Below, piece after piece: positions 46,315 through 57,188 of a stretch of 64,000 nt of DNA. Each line of letters starts with the position of its first letter. Position 1 is the first letter of the stretch. The stretch is from Oligoflexia bacterium (GTDB taxonomy: Bacteria; Bdellovibrionota; UBA1018; CAIPTA01; JAALKR01): positions 4,356 to 68,355 of the forward strand of contig JAALKR010000008.1 of assembly GCA_011087955.1 (NCBI GenBank), read 5' to 3'. A model generated the notes under the pieces. That model ran no database searches. It saw only the letters and a list, made by a program, of their open reading frames with translations, and was not told where the DNA came from. Both the position numbers and the translations under genes were made by a program.

Positions 46315-47016
46315 TTAAGGAAACTTAAGTTTGTGGGAGGCGCCCGCCTTTTTTTCTTTTTCCAGAAGGTCTAGGAAGTCTAGACGAGATACGTAGCGCC
46401 CACCCAGACGCTCGAGTAGTGGAGTGACCATTTGAATATCCATCCACTCAATCCCTTTTTCCTGTAGGCATTCAATTAAAGAAATAAGCGCGATCTTTGA
46501 AGCGTTTGAAGCACGGTGGAACATAGATTCCCCGGAGAATACCCCATTGATATAAACCCCATAAAGTCCGCCTAGTAAGTTATTGTCTTCATCCCATACT
46601 TCAATGGAGTGAGCATAGCCGGCATTGTGGAACTTTTCGTAGGCGGGAATAAAATTAGGCAAAATCCAAGTGCTGTCCTGGCCGCTACGCTTTTGTTTGG
46701 CGCAAGCCTCAATCACATCTTTAAAACAAGTATTAAACCTCACACAGTAATTTGCTTGTCGACGAAAGCGCTGCAAGCTTTTCGGAATACGCAGATCCTT
46801 AAATTCAAGAATGCCCCGCGCGTCCGGGCAGTGCCAAAGCAGTGGATAGCCTTCTACAGGCCACGGAAAAATCCCTGTAGCATAAGCTTGCTTAAGTGTG
46901 GATACAGCAAGGTTACCACCAACGTAAACAATGCCATCAATCCCTGGAAAATGCCGAGGGTTGGGGAAGGCTACTGTCTCTGTACTCTCTTGCGAATAAT
47001 CCTTCGTACGAGTCAT
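46315..47016 (-). CDS. aat: Leucyl/phenylalanyl-tRNA--protein transferase
   Basis: GIFPWPVEGYPLLWHCPDARGIL...GGLYGVYINGVFSGESMFH...MDIQMVTPLLERLGG is the Aat signature. The start is taken at ATG 47016. Confidence 0.9.
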   Translation of the reverse strand: MTRTKDYSQESTETVAFPNPRHFPGIDGIVYVGGNLAVSTLKQAYATGIFPWPVEGYPLLWHCPDARGILEFKDLRIPKSLQRFRRQANYCVRFNTCFKDVIEACAKQKRSGQDSTWILPNFIPAYEKFHNAGYAHSIEVWDEDNNLLGGLYGVYINGVFSGESMFHRASNASKIALISLIECLQEKGIEWMDIQMVTPLLERLGGRYVSRLDFLDLLEKEKKAGASHKLKFP

Positions 47017-47078
47017 AGAATATGCGCTGCACTTTTTTATCGATAAGCTACTATAATGGCAGCTTCCCCTAACTTCCA

Positions 47079-47702
47079 TTATAGCCGTTTATCGGGGTGA
47101 TGTCTTTTCTTCTTATAGTATTTGACGACTACTACCAGCCCAACAAGCAGGATCAAGCCAACAATTCCATACTCAATATTCTTAATGATACGGATTACGC
47201 GGTCCATGTATTCCCCAAAATACCAAATCGAATAGATGATGGCAGGAACTGAAATCAGTGCAGCAAAGCCATCATAAAATAAAAATACACGGTAAGGTAG
47301 ATGTAAGGTTCCAGCCGTAAAGAATATTGGGGCTCGCAAACCAGGCATGAAGCGTCCAGCAAATATCACTCGATTTCCTTTAACGCGAAAACGAGCCTTA
47401 GCCGCCTGATACCGCTCTTCACTTAGAATACGATTAAAAGGAGAACGCATTCTCAGCTTAGAGCCCCAGCGACTGCCGATGTAAAAGATGAAGGAATCGC
47501 CGAGAAGTACAGCAAACATAGAAAGAGCAACCATCCAATGTACATCAGCTTTCCCGTAGTAGGATAGAACTCCTGCACCAAAAAGGGTAATGTCCTCCGG
47601 CAACGGCAACCCAAGGCCGCAAGCCATCAAGGCAATGAAAACAGCAGCATAGGCCTTCCAGTCACTAAATCCCAGAAAGAAGTCAAAAACAGATTGCATC
47701 AT
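47079..47702 (-). CDS. DedA-family inner-membrane protein
   Basis: GLPLPEDITLFGAGVL...FAGRFMPGLRAPIFFTAG is the DedA/SNARE-associated signature. Confidence 0.85.
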   Translation of the reverse strand: MMQSVFDFFLGFSDWKAYAAVFIALMACGLGLPLPEDITLFGAGVLSYYGKADVHWMVALSMFAVLLGDSFIFYIGSRWGSKLRMRSPFNRILSEERYQAAKARFRVKGNRVIFAGRFMPGLRAPIFFTAGTLHLPYRVFLFYDGFAALISVPAIIYSIWYFGEYMDRVIRIIKNIEYGIVGLILLVGLVVVVKYYKKKRHHPDKRL

Positions 47703-47820
47703 AACAAGGCCTCAAAAATATTTACATAATATATATTATCCGACGTCACATGAGAATGTCGACGAATCTATAGGCATATTATTCCTTAATTCTGATAAAT
47801 TTACCTGCTAATAGTAGAGC

Positions 47821-49539
47821 ATGAGAAAATTTCTAGTTACCTCTGCTCTTCCCTACGCTAACGGACCTTTGCACTTTGGTCATCTGGCCGGAGCCTACCT
47901 GCCGGCTGATATTTTTGTCCGTCACCAACGAAATAATGGAAACTTAGTGCGATTCATCTGTGGTTCGGACGAGCATGGAGTTGCGATCATGCTAAACGCG
48001 GAAATGGCTGGACAGAGTTACCAGGAATATGTGGACCATTGGCACAAAGACCATGCAGAGCTGTTTCGACAACTGGAGGTGCATTTTGATTTCTTTGGCC
48101 GCACTTCAGCTAAATATCATGCAGAAGAAACAAAGGACTGGTTTAAAACTTTATTCGATGCAGGTCTGATCATTGAAAAAACGGAAAAGCAATTGTTTTG
48201 CATCGATGATGATCGCTTCCTCGCAGACCGATATGTTGAGGGCACCTGCTACGTGTGCGGCTTTGAAAATGCCCGTGGAGATGAATGCCCAAGTTGCGGT
48301 GAGTGGATTGATCCGATCAAACTAAAAAATCCGAGATCAAAAGTTTCAGGTTCAACCAATATTGAAGTTCGTGAAGCAAAGAACTTTTTTTTACGAATGA
48401 CCAAACTCGAAGCAGAATACACTGAGACTTTTAAACAAAAATCTGTAGAGAAACAGTGGCGCAAATTAGTCACTGGCTATGTAAACGGAATGTTGAAACA
48501 GGGTCTAGAAGATCGATGCATTACACGTGATCTTGATTGGGGAATTGAGGTTCCCCTACCAGATCAGCCCGCCAATAAACGGATCTATGTTTGGTTCGAT
48601 GCTCCTATTGGTTATGTCTCTAATCTAAAGCAATACTTCAAGGGAGCGAATATAGATGAGGATTATCGTAAGGACTGGTGGCAGGCAAACGATGTAGAAC
48701 TTCTTCACTTTATTGGTAAAGATAATATCGTTTTTCATTCGATGATTTTTCCAATGATGGGGATAGGCTCCGGATATATGAAGTTTGTAGACGACGTACC
48801 AGCCAATGAGTTTTTAACCTTAGCTGGGAAACAGTTCTCTAAGTCGTCTGGTTGGTATATCGATGCGAAAGAAGCATTGGATATATTTGGCGTGGATTCT
48901 TTACGCTTTTATTTAACGTCCATTATCCCTGAATCGGGCGACACTAACTTTTCTTGGGGTAATTTTGCATTGAACTATGCAGAATTTGGCAATAAAATTG
49001 GCAATTTTGTGCACCGCTCGATGAGCTTCATCTATAAAAATTGGCCGGATGGATTACCTGGATCGGCTTTTACTCAATTTTATCAGTCAGGAGAAGCTCA
49101 GAAGATTGATGAAAAGCTAAAGTCAGTGAAAGAACTATTGGATAGAAAATTGATTGTTAGGGCGCAAAGCGAACTCCTTAATTTGGGACAATTGGCAAAT
49201 GAATATTTTCAGGAGCAGGCCCCTTGGAAACAATGTAAAGAGGACTCAGCAAAAGCAGAAGCTTCCTTAGCCGGTGCTACCATTTTTGTCTTGGCTCTGA
49301 CAGTTGCGTTAGAGCCATTTGTTCCTTCTGTGTCAGCAAAAATGAAGCAGAACTTTTCTGCGCTTTTCAATAAGGAAGGACATTGTGAGAAAAAAGAATT
49401 TCGAAAAATTTATCAAAATGGAATCCAGACTTACCTGCCTGCCTTCGAAAAATCTGGCTTTAAGCTTCATTCCCCACCGAAAGTCCTGCTCCCACGCCTA
49501 GACCCTGACCTACTAGCCTCTTGGGAGGCCCGCTTGTAA
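47821..49539 (+). CDS. metG: Methionyl-tRNA synthetase
   Basis: ALPYANGPLHFGHL is the HIGH motif. A zinc knuckle (CYVCGF...CPSCGE) and KQFSKSSG (KMSKS) are present. Confidence 0.95.
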   Translation: MRKFLVTSALPYANGPLHFGHLAGAYLPADIFVRHQRNNGNLVRFICGSDEHGVAIMLNAEMAGQSYQEYVDHWHKDHAELFRQLEVHFDFFGRTSAKYHAEETKDWFKTLFDAGLIIEKTEKQLFCIDDDRFLADRYVEGTCYVCGFENARGDECPSCGEWIDPIKLKNPRSKVSGSTNIEVREAKNFFLRMTKLEAEYTETFKQKSVEKQWRKLVTGYVNGMLKQGLEDRCITRDLDWGIEVPLPDQPANKRIYVWFDAPIGYVSNLKQYFKGANIDEDYRKDWWQANDVELLHFIGKDNIVFHSMIFPMMGIGSGYMKFVDDVPANEFLTLAGKQFSKSSGWYIDAKEALDIFGVDSLRFYLTSIIPESGDTNFSWGNFALNYAEFGNKIGNFVHRSMSFIYKNWPDGLPGSAFTQFYQSGEAQKIDEKLKSVKELLDRKLIVRAQSELLNLGQLANEYFQEQAPWKQCKEDSAKAEASLAGATIFVLALTVALEPFVPSVSAKMKQNFSALFNKEGHCEKKEFRKIYQNGIQTYLPAFEKSGFKLHSPPKVLLPRLDPDLLASWEARL

Positions 49540-49545
49540 GTTTGC

Positions 49546-51102
49546 TTACTTGGACCTTCCTTTGCTTTCCGGCTTTTGCGTCTGCTTATCAGCCTTTTCA
49601 CCGGTCTTTTCTTCATAAAAGTCGCCGTTCTTATAGCAATAAACTTTCTTCTCTCCTTCTACAATCGTTGCAACATTAGCAGGCCTACCCCAAAGGCGAG
49701 ACAGGTTCGCCAAAGTGAACCGCGCATACTGTAGATCCAATTCACGTCCTTGATAACGGTGTTGCAGTAAAAGCTCTCCACGGTTATGAAAGTTTCCATC
49801 TAGCACTTCAATCACCGGATTGCCACCATTAGTAATTGAGGTAAGAACCTCTTCCTTGACCTCACGCCAATCTCGAGTTTTAATCTCATATTTATTCGTT
49901 CGTGGGTTTAAAGCGTAGGTGTAATAGCGTTGGTCTTCACAGAAGTCTTCTGTGAAAAATTCATCAATAAATGTCACATCATTATGAAACTTCCGAACTT
50001 CGAAAATTTTTTCACGACCCTTATTCAGTTTTTTATCCCAAGCACGCTTTCCCACCATATCTTGGCACTCTTCATACTCTTTACCAAAACGTCCTTTATT
50101 CCAAGCGTCTTCAATATGACGGAACAACTCAATGCCCAGTTTATACGGATTGAGTTGTCCAGGCTGCACTACCATTACACCTGCATGCCGATCTGCAAAT
50201 TCAACAATTTCTGAAGGGTTCAGTGCTTTTTCTGTCAGAATTTTTGAGTGCCAATAGGAAGCCCAACCTTCATTCATAATTTTGGTTACTCGTTGAGGTG
50301 CAAAATAGTAGGCTTCTTCCCGCACCATGGAAAGTACGTCTGCTTGCCAGGTTTCAAGCGGAGCGTTCTCTAAGATAAAGCGCATTACATCACGTCCTGG
50401 ATTTTCTGGAAATCGATTTGAACGAGATTGCGCTTCCTTTACTTTTTGTTTTTGTTTATCCAAGTACTCTTTCGGATTCATATATTGATCCAAGTATTGA
50501 CGAGGCACCTTTAAGCGAGGAGGATTTTTCGGCGAAAAGTTTGAATCCGCAAACTCATCCACTTCTTCATCATCTTCCTTCGTCGCAATAAACGGCGAAT
50601 AGGGATCAATTAAATCCTCAATGGAAAGACAACAGTCAACAAACTCTTCAACCGTGTCTTCATCAAAACGATCCATATAATGGCGGATGCGAGATGCATG
50701 ATTGGCCATCTGGTCTAACATTTTTCGATTCGTCTTAGAGAAACAGTAATTATTTTTAAAAAAATCATTGTGACCATAGACATGGGCCATAACTAATTTT
50801 TGATCAATATAGGCATTACTCTTCATTAAGTACGCGTAACAAGGGTCTGTATTGATTACAAGTTCGTAAATTTTCTGCACTCCCCAAGAATAGCCCTTAG
50901 AAAGCTGGTCATAGCTCATACCAACGCGCCAATGTGGATAGCGTTTTGGGAATCCTCCACCAGCAGCCACTGCATTTAAAGAGTCATAGTCTAAGACTTC
51001 GAAAATTTGTGAAAAAAACTCGAGTCCATACTCCTTAGCGTAGCCTTCGATCTCAATCTGTAATTCGGCTAAATCCTGCGACAGATCTGTTTCTAAAATC
51101 AC
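49546..51102 (-). CDS. SpoVR-family protein
   Basis: It shows the sequence pattern of SpoVR/YcgB ([20 protein letters not shown]) and is the last gene of the prkA-yeaH-spoVR cluster. Confidence 0.9.
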   Translation of the reverse strand: MILETDLSQDLAELQIEIEGYAKEYGLEFFSQIFEVLDYDSLNAVAAGGGFPKRYPHWRVGMSYDQLSKGYSWGVQKIYELVINTDPCYAYLMKSNAYIDQKLVMAHVYGHNDFFKNNYCFSKTNRKMLDQMANHASRIRHYMDRFDEDTVEEFVDCCLSIEDLIDPYSPFIATKEDDEEVDEFADSNFSPKNPPRLKVPRQYLDQYMNPKEYLDKQKQKVKEAQSRSNRFPENPGRDVMRFILENAPLETWQADVLSMVREEAYYFAPQRVTKIMNEGWASYWHSKILTEKALNPSEIVEFADRHAGVMVVQPGQLNPYKLGIELFRHIEDAWNKGRFGKEYEECQDMVGKRAWDKKLNKGREKIFEVRKFHNDVTFIDEFFTEDFCEDQRYYTYALNPRTNKYEIKTRDWREVKEEVLTSITNGGNPVIEVLDGNFHNRGELLLQHRYQGRELDLQYARFTLANLSRLWGRPANVATIVEGEKKVYCYKNGDFYEEKTGEKADKQTQKPESKGRSK

Positions 51103-52211
51103 TTGCCTTTACCTAAGAACGTCTTGATAGAATCCATAATCCCATCTTTATTTTCAATTTTGGATATAATAAGGAATTCTTCTTCATTTTTGAAATGCTC
51201 CTCTAAATCTTTCATAAACTGCCCTGAACCATAGCGCGACTCAACCTGTCCGTAACAAAAGAGATTTATGTTCGGAAATAGTTGCTGCTTCATAATTTCA
51301 AAACAAAGCTTAGTATCTTCGCCAGACCAGTTATCTCCATCTGAAAAATGGAATAAATATATATTCCACTGTTCTGGTGAATAGTTTTGTTCAATAATCT
51401 GCTGGGCAGAACGATACGCCGAAGAAATTAACGTCCCACCGCTTTCGCGCGTAGAATAGAAAGTTTGTTCATCCACCTCTCGAGCTACTGTATCGTGAAT
51501 TACATAGCGAGTATCTAGCCCCTTATACTGAGAGCGTAACCAAGTGTCGATCCAGAAAGATTCCGTACGTACAATCTCTTTTTGTTCGTCACCCATAGAT
51601 CCAGAAACATCCATCATATAGATTATCACAGCATTGGCTTCATACTCCTGGTGCGTCTTCCAAGAGCGATAGCGAAAATCTCGCTTAATAGGAGCAATGA
51701 TTGGATCTTTTGGGTTATAGGTGCCTGAAGAAATTTGTCGCTTTAGCGCTTCCTTAAAAGAACGACGAAAATTGATCAAAGAGTTCGGCCCTTGCATCGC
51801 AATGCCTGTGTATCGATCCTTTTCCTTTTCTAAAACTTCTTTGCCTTTGGCTTCAATATTAGGAAGCTCTAACTCTTCCCCCAGAATTTCAGCCAACTCA
51901 TCCAAAGAAAGCTCGATCTCTAAGGAGTGCTCCCCCTCTTGATTCCCTGCTTGACCTTCACCATTGCCGGACTGTGGCTCTCCTTGCCCTACTTCATCAC
52001 CAGGCTCTCCTTCACCCTGAGCAACCCCACTCTTGGCATCACCAAATTTAAAACGAGGAATATTGATCTGAGGCATTGGAATTGAAACTTTTTCCTTACC
52101 CTTTTTAACGATCATATCCCCATTGGAAATATACTTCTTCAGATCGCGCTTCACTCGTCCTTTAACGATATTCTTAAACCGTGCGTGGTCACGAGATACG
52201 GAATAAATCAC
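51099..52211 (-). CDS. YeaH/YhbH (DUF444) protein
   Basis: It has the [19 protein letters not shown]-terminus and a vWA-like MDVSGSMG motif. The GTG start follows GGAGGAA and overlaps the upstream stop by 1 nt (TAGTG). Confidence 0.9.
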   Translation of the reverse strand: MIYSVSRDHARFKNIVKGRVKRDLKKYISNGDMIVKKGKEKVSIPMPQINIPRFKFGDAKSGVAQGEGEPGDEVGQGEPQSGNGEGQAGNQEGEHSLEIELSLDELAEILGEELELPNIEAKGKEVLEKEKDRYTGIAMQGPNSLINFRRSFKEALKRQISSGTYNPKDPIIAPIKRDFRYRSWKTHQEYEANAVIIYMMDVSGSMGDEQKEIVRTESFWIDTWLRSQYKGLDTRYVIHDTVAREVDEQTFYSTRESGGTLISSAYRSAQQIIEQNYSPEQWNIYLFHFSDGDNWSGEDTKLCFEIMKQQLFPNINLFCYGQVESRYGSGQFMKDLEEHFKNEEEFLIISKIENKDGIMDSIKTFLGKGK

Positions 52212-52636
52212 TAGATATTCCTCCGTTGAGATCGATTTGCACGAGTTGTCCTAAGCGCGCGAAAAAGATTCTCAAGCTTCAACTCTTCTGCCTTCAGAGC
52301 AAAGTCACAGCCACGACTTTGGTTATGAAATTGATAGGAACATCCAGAAGCCTGCGCAGACAGGTTCTGCGCATCTAAAAGTAAGCCCAAACAATGTTTG
52401 CCACCTTCTACTTGTGTCATTTCGCACGTTAACCCTGTATCGGTCTGTAAAATTAGGCGAATCGGATCTTTCCGATTGAGCGGATGAGTGACATGTAACT
52501 CGCCAAACTTCACTTCATAAATTTGCCTCACGACAAACGGGGAATCCTCTCCTTTTGGAAGCCCTCGTTCCGCAGCAATTGCCACTCCACCCATGCAGAA
52601 TAGAAGTAATAAATTATGAATAGAAATTTTCGTCAC
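52211..52636 (-). CDS. Small exported Cys-containing protein inserted between prkA and yeaH
   Basis: It starts at GTG 52636 and has a signal-like N-terminus ([16 protein letters not shown]) and 4 further Cys. It is translationally coupled to yeaH. I recognise no family. Confidence 0.5.
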   Translation of the reverse strand: MTKISIHNLLLLFCMGGVAIAAERGLPKGEDSPFVVRQIYEVKFGELHVTHPLNRKDPIRLILQTDTGLTCEMTQVEGGKHCLGLLLDAQNLSAQASGCSYQFHNQSRGCDFALKAEELKLENLFRALRTTRANRSQRRNI

Positions 52637-52651
52637 TTACTTATTCTCTAC

Positions 52652-54730
52652 TTACTTATTGTCTTTTTCCTTTGCATCGCCACGTGCGTAAATCGATGCC
52701 ACATAATTCAATACGTCGCTCGCTGAAATTTCGTCATAACCAAAATCCTTAATTAGCCTAGCCTTGACCACATCGATCTTCTCTTGCATCGACTTATCCA
52801 TGACGTTGGAAACCAAAGATGATAACTTGATTGAATCCTTTTGGTCTTCGAACAGCTTTAGCTCAAGTGCCTTATGAAGGCGTTCATTCGTTTTGTAATC
52901 GAACTTCTTACCTTCAATCGCAAGAGCACCGATATAGTTCATAATCTCTCGACGAAAATCATCTTTACGTGATTCAGGAATGTCAATTTTCTCTTCAATT
53001 GATCGCATTAGGCGTTCATCGGGTTCTTCCACTTGACCAGTATACTGGTTGCGAACTTTTTCCTTCTGTGTATACGCTTTCACGTTATCAATATAATTCG
53101 CACAGAGATTAGAAATCGCCGATTCATCTGCTGAAATTGCTCTTTGGACTTCGTTCTTAATGATATCCTCATATTCCTGTCGAACGATAGAAAGCATCTC
53201 TTTATAATTCCGTCGCTTTTCTTCCGAAGAAATCAAAGCATGATTTCGTAGACCGCCCTCAAGCTCATTAAAGACCATGAATGGGTTAATGCAGCCTAGA
53301 TGTGAGTACTTCACCAATGCATTAGATATTTTATCTTGGACATATCGCGCGGATATACCGTCTAGACCTTCACGAAGCGCTTCTTTACGTAGCTCTTTGA
53401 CATTATCTTCAGTGTAACCACTCAAGCTCTTCCCGTCGTAAAGTTTTAGCTTTTGTAACAAGGCAAGATCAGCCTTCTTTGGCTGTTCTAAACGTGTGAG
53501 CACTGCCCACATCGCCGCCATTTTCACCGTGTGTGGAGCAATAGCCAGCCCCTTTATCTTATCTGTCGCAAAATCTTTCTCGTAGATTTTAATCTCTTCA
53601 TGGAGCTTCGTAATATAAGGCACATCGATCTTCACCGTACGGTCACGAAGCGCTTCCATAAACTCATTATTCTGTAGTTTACGGAACTCTGGCTCGTTCG
53701 TATGACCGATGATTACTTCATCTATATAGGTTTGTGCAAACTTCTTCGGTTTTACCACATGCTCTTGTGAAGCCCCCAGGAGATCGTAAAGGAAGGCTAC
53801 ATCTAACTTCAACACCTCTACGAATTCAATCATACCGCGGTTAGCAACCTGGAATTCACCATCGAAATTAAACGCTCTTGGATCCGAATCCGATCCATAC
53901 TCGGCGATTTTTCGGTAATTGATGTCACCAGTGAGTTCAGTTGAATCTTGGTTCTTTTCATCCTTCGGCTGGAACGTACCAATACCTACTCGATCTTTTT
54001 CAGAAAGCACAAAACGATTTACGCGAACATGTTTAACAATTTTTTCCCAGTCTCCGTTATATCGATCCATCAATTTTTGATATACGAATCGGCATGGAGG
54101 AGAGAGTTCGCCAGCGATCTTAATCTTGTAAGAGGACTTATTGCCACGATTCAACTCCTCTTCAACTTGCCCTCGCAGTTCCGTTGGAATTAAGAGTAAT
54201 GGTTCTTCGTTCATCGGAGATTCTAGACGATAAGTACTACCCAGAATTTCCGTGTTTCCTTCATCAAACCACTCAAAAGTATATAAAGCGCCTTCGTCTT
54301 TATAGGAATACTGCTCAACCCCTTTCTTTAGTAAGCGGGCAATGGTCGACTTAGCGGAACCAACTGGACCGTGAAGAAGAAGCACTCGTTTTTCCGTTCC
54401 GTAACCCAGAGCTGCCGAACGTAAAAAATTCGCTAGCTTCATTAGCTGTACGTCGAGGCCAAAGACCGCATCCTTACCGTTATCAATTGGATCGTCGAAG
54501 AAATTATAATGCGTAACTTCTTTTTTATATTCAGTATAGGTCCGAGTACCGAAACTCATAATCATGTCATACATTCGCTGGAATGCATTTCGTGTTATGC
54601 CTGGGTTTTTTTTAACGAGATCTAGGTAATCCGAAAAATGACCTTCCCAATGCAGATTTTTATAGTCCTCCACACGGTGCAGTTTCGTAATCATTGAGAT
54701 AATGTCGGAATTCTTTCCACCGGTAGCCAT
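52652..54730 (-). CDS. prkA: PrkA/YeaG serine protein kinase (AAA-type P-loop)
   Basis: The ATG at 54730 follows GGAGGGAG. The N-terminus ...[18 protein letters not shown]... parallels the B. subtilis PrkA N-terminus. The P-loop is [13 protein letters not shown]. Confidence 0.95.
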   Translation of the reverse strand: MATGGKNSDIISMITKLHRVEDYKNLHWEGHFSDYLDLVKKNPGITRNAFQRMYDMIMSFGTRTYTEYKKEVTHYNFFDDPIDNGKDAVFGLDVQLMKLANFLRSAALGYGTEKRVLLLHGPVGSAKSTIARLLKKGVEQYSYKDEGALYTFEWFDEGNTEILGSTYRLESPMNEEPLLLIPTELRGQVEEELNRGNKSSYKIKIAGELSPPCRFVYQKLMDRYNGDWEKIVKHVRVNRFVLSEKDRVGIGTFQPKDEKNQDSTELTGDINYRKIAEYGSDSDPRAFNFDGEFQVANRGMIEFVEVLKLDVAFLYDLLGASQEHVVKPKKFAQTYIDEVIIGHTNEPEFRKLQNNEFMEALRDRTVKIDVPYITKLHEEIKIYEKDFATDKIKGLAIAPHTVKMAAMWAVLTRLEQPKKADLALLQKLKLYDGKSLSGYTEDNVKELRKEALREGLDGISARYVQDKISNALVKYSHLGCINPFMVFNELEGGLRNHALISSEEKRRNYKEMLSIVRQEYEDIIKNEVQRAISADESAISNLCANYIDNVKAYTQKEKVRNQYTGQVEEPDERLMRSIEEKIDIPESRKDDFRREIMNYIGALAIEGKKFDYKTNERLHKALELKLFEDQKDSIKLSSLVSNVMDKSMQEKIDVVKARLIKDFGYDEISASDVLNYVASIYARGDAKEKDNK

Positions 54731-54764
54731 TCTGCTCCCTCCACAAATTCTAATCCTAGCTCTA

Positions 54765-54793
54765 ATTCTCCGTCGAAACCCGAGCACTGTCAA
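54765..54793 (-). promoter_or_regulatory. Candidate sigma-70 promoter of the prkA operon
   Basis: On the minus strand this reads TTGACA (54793-54788), a 17-nt spacer, then GAGAAT (54770-54765), about 35 nt upstream of the prkA ATG. The call is by pattern only. Confidence 0.3.
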
Positions 54794-54908
54794 AGTATTG
54801 CATTCCCTGCACACGCTTTTTGGCTCTATGCAGTAAATTAAAGAATCCATTTTGTTATAAACACTTACCTTGATACACTGTGTGTAATCGTCAAGAATGT
54901 GAGAGCAA

Positions 54909-55658
54909 ATGGGGCAAACACGACTGGAGTCGGTGGGCAACACCGACGTAGGGCGCAAACGGAAAGTAAACCAGGATTCTTTTCGTATTGATCATGAGCA
55001 TGACGTCCTGGTAGTTGCCGATGGAATGGGCGGCCACGCCGGTGGAGAGTTCGCTTCCCGGGTTTGCATAGAAACCATTGCTGAATCGATTCATGAAGAC
55101 CGCAACTCTGGGCTATCTTTAAATGCCAATGATTTGGCTATGGGAGCTATTCACAGAGCAAACATGGTAGTTTTCAACGCCGGCAAAGAGAATGAAGTGC
55201 TGCTCGGTATGGGTACAACTGTAGACCTTTTGCTGTTTGATGACGGCGAACTGTTAATTGGACATGTCGGTGACTCGAGGGTCTATCTCCTCCGAAAAAA
55301 CATGATCTGGCAACTAACTCGGGATCATTCCTTGGTAAACGAAAAATTCAAGATAGGCTTGATCACTCGGGAGCAAATGAAGACAGATAAAGATAAAAAC
55401 GTTATCACTCGTTCTGTTGGATTTGAGTCTTCCGTTTTGGTGGACATCTACCGTCGAAAAATTGAGCCGGGTGACCTCTATTTAACTTGTTCTGACGGCC
55501 TTTCCGGTATGGTGGAAAATGACCAAATTCTCCAGATTACTGACGAGCATGCTTTTAATCGTGACGACCTGCAGTCTGCCGTCGAGACTTTGATCCATTC
55601 TGCAAACGAAAATGGCGGCGACGACAACATTACAGTCATCCTATCACGAGCGCTGTAA
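54909..55658 (+). CDS. PP2C-family Ser/Thr protein phosphatase
   Basis: It carries [40 protein letters not shown] and GGDDNITVI motifs. Confidence 0.9.
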   Translation: MGQTRLESVGNTDVGRKRKVNQDSFRIDHEHDVLVVADGMGGHAGGEFASRVCIETIAESIHEDRNSGLSLNANDLAMGAIHRANMVVFNAGKENEVLLGMGTTVDLLLFDDGELLIGHVGDSRVYLLRKNMIWQLTRDHSLVNEKFKIGLITREQMKTDKDKNVITRSVGFESSVLVDIYRRKIEPGDLYLTCSDGLSGMVENDQILQITDEHAFNRDDLQSAVETLIHSANENGGDDNITVILSRAL

Positions 55659-55757
55659 GCCGCCTTCATACAACACGTTAGAAGCTAGGCAAAAAGGCTC
55701 CGCCGCTACGCCTCTCTTATTGTAAGCCTCCCGGAAAACTGCTAAGTTTCTAGGGAG

Positions 55758-57146
55758 ATGAATAAGTTTTTTACAATCCTATTTATCCCGGAAAAAACAG
55801 ATCAAATTAAGAAGCTTTTGATCCCTGCCGTGTACTTGCATGTAGCTCTGATTCTGGGGTTCTTTAGCTGTTTCTTTCTTTGTTTCATGATTTATGACTA
55901 TGTCAAAGTTATGCAGCAACTAGCGGAAAACCGTAAGCTTGTAGTGGAGAACCGGGAGCTAAGAGAACGGATTCAGGGTTTCTCCAACAAGCTCCATGTC
56001 GTCGAGGAAAGCCTGGAACGGATTCAGACTTTTGCTACCAAGCTTCGCATCATTACGAATCAGAGCGATGAGAATACGGAATTCCTAAAAGAGAAGGCGA
56101 CAAAGAACTTTCCTGGGAAGCCCATGGATGATCATTCGGTAACGCCAGGAACTACAATTCATCGTCAAATTCGAAAACCAATGCTGCCGGAGGAGGAACG
56201 CACCGTAGTTGTAATTCACACACACCATCCGGACTGCGACCACGGAGATGAGTCCAAATTCACCTACGGGAGCGAAATTAAATTTGGCTTTAGCCCTATC
56301 CAAACGGGGGCGGCGGAAGCGGCTATTCATGAGAGCTTCGACACGAAATTATTGTGGCATCCGTCAAACTCCGTTGGCGGACCAGAAACTGCCCTCGACA
56401 AACCAATATTTCATCTAGCAAGAGTTTCCGCAGAGCCCAGGCATCTAGGAGGCAAGAAATCCGTGCAATCAGCCCCTCCTGCCATTCCTGTAACGACTTC
56501 TGTAACTTCTACAGCTCAGATGAGTGCCCCTGCAACTAAACTCTCTCAGGAGGGCACACGAAAACAAGCCCGCTTCAAGCGAATTTCGGAGCTTTTGCAA
56601 TCGGAAGGAGAGCTTCAACTCGACAAACGCCTAGATAACGATTTTACTCAACTCTACCAGTCCCTACAGAAGATGCAACGGATGGCTGAATCGGTCGCAA
56701 TCGACGTGCAGGACCTCAGATCCACACTGCTGGATCAAAAGGACTATCTAGGCTCCATGCCTACGTTGAAGCCGGCGCGTGGCTGGTATACCTCCGGCTT
56801 TGGTATGCGCCTTTCGCCCTATACAGGTCAACCTACGATGCACGAAGGACTAGACATAGCAAACCACTACGGTAAACAAATAATCGCTCCGGCTGCTGGA
56901 ATGGTTTCCTTCGTGGGTGTCCGTCCTGGCTACGGAAAACTAGTGACGATTGATCACGGCTATGGAATACAGACACAATATGGCCATGTGTCGAAATTTT
57001 TTGTAAAAGAAGGTACACGCGTGACGCGTGGGATGAGAATTGCCGCTATCGGCAGCACTGGGCGATCAACAGGTCCGCATGTGCATTATGAGGTTCGTGT
57101 AAATGGCATCCCCGTCGATCCGTATTTTTATATTCTAAATGATTAA
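55758..57146 (+). CDS. M23-family metallopeptidase (EnvC/NlpD-like) with a TM anchor and coiled coil
   Basis: HEGLDIA...GYGKLVTIDHGYGIQTQYGH...STGPHVHYEVRVNG is the M23 signature. Confidence 0.9.
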   Translation: MNKFFTILFIPEKTDQIKKLLIPAVYLHVALILGFFSCFFLCFMIYDYVKVMQQLAENRKLVVENRELRERIQGFSNKLHVVEESLERIQTFATKLRIITNQSDENTEFLKEKATKNFPGKPMDDHSVTPGTTIHRQIRKPMLPEEERTVVVIHTHHPDCDHGDESKFTYGSEIKFGFSPIQTGAAEAAIHESFDTKLLWHPSNSVGGPETALDKPIFHLARVSAEPRHLGGKKSVQSAPPAIPVTTSVTSTAQMSAPATKLSQEGTRKQARFKRISELLQSEGELQLDKRLDNDFTQLYQSLQKMQRMAESVAIDVQDLRSTLLDQKDYLGSMPTLKPARGWYTSGFGMRLSPYTGQPTMHEGLDIANHYGKQIIAPAAGMVSFVGVRPGYGKLVTIDHGYGIQTQYGHVSKFFVKEGTRVTRGMRIAAIGSTGRSTGPHVHYEVRVNGIPVDPYFYILND

Positions 57147-57161
57147 GCAAATGTACATTTT

Positions 57162-57185
57162 GAGTTTGAGCTTGAGTTTGAGATT
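57162..57185 (+). repeat. Four tandem hexamers GAG(T/C/A)TT immediately upstream of the secA start
   Basis: gagttt gagctt gagttt gagatt ends 3 nt before the secA ATG (57189). Confidence 0.5.
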
Positions 57186-57188
57186 GCC

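Noticed and set aside
54731-54958. N-terminal extension of the prkA track ORF containing CPIC...CREC, which looks like a zinc ribbon
   Set aside because: The conserved PrkA N-terminus begins at ATG 54730, directly after a GGAGGGAG SD. The extension lies in the divergent promoter region shared with the PP2C gene and overlaps that gene's start.
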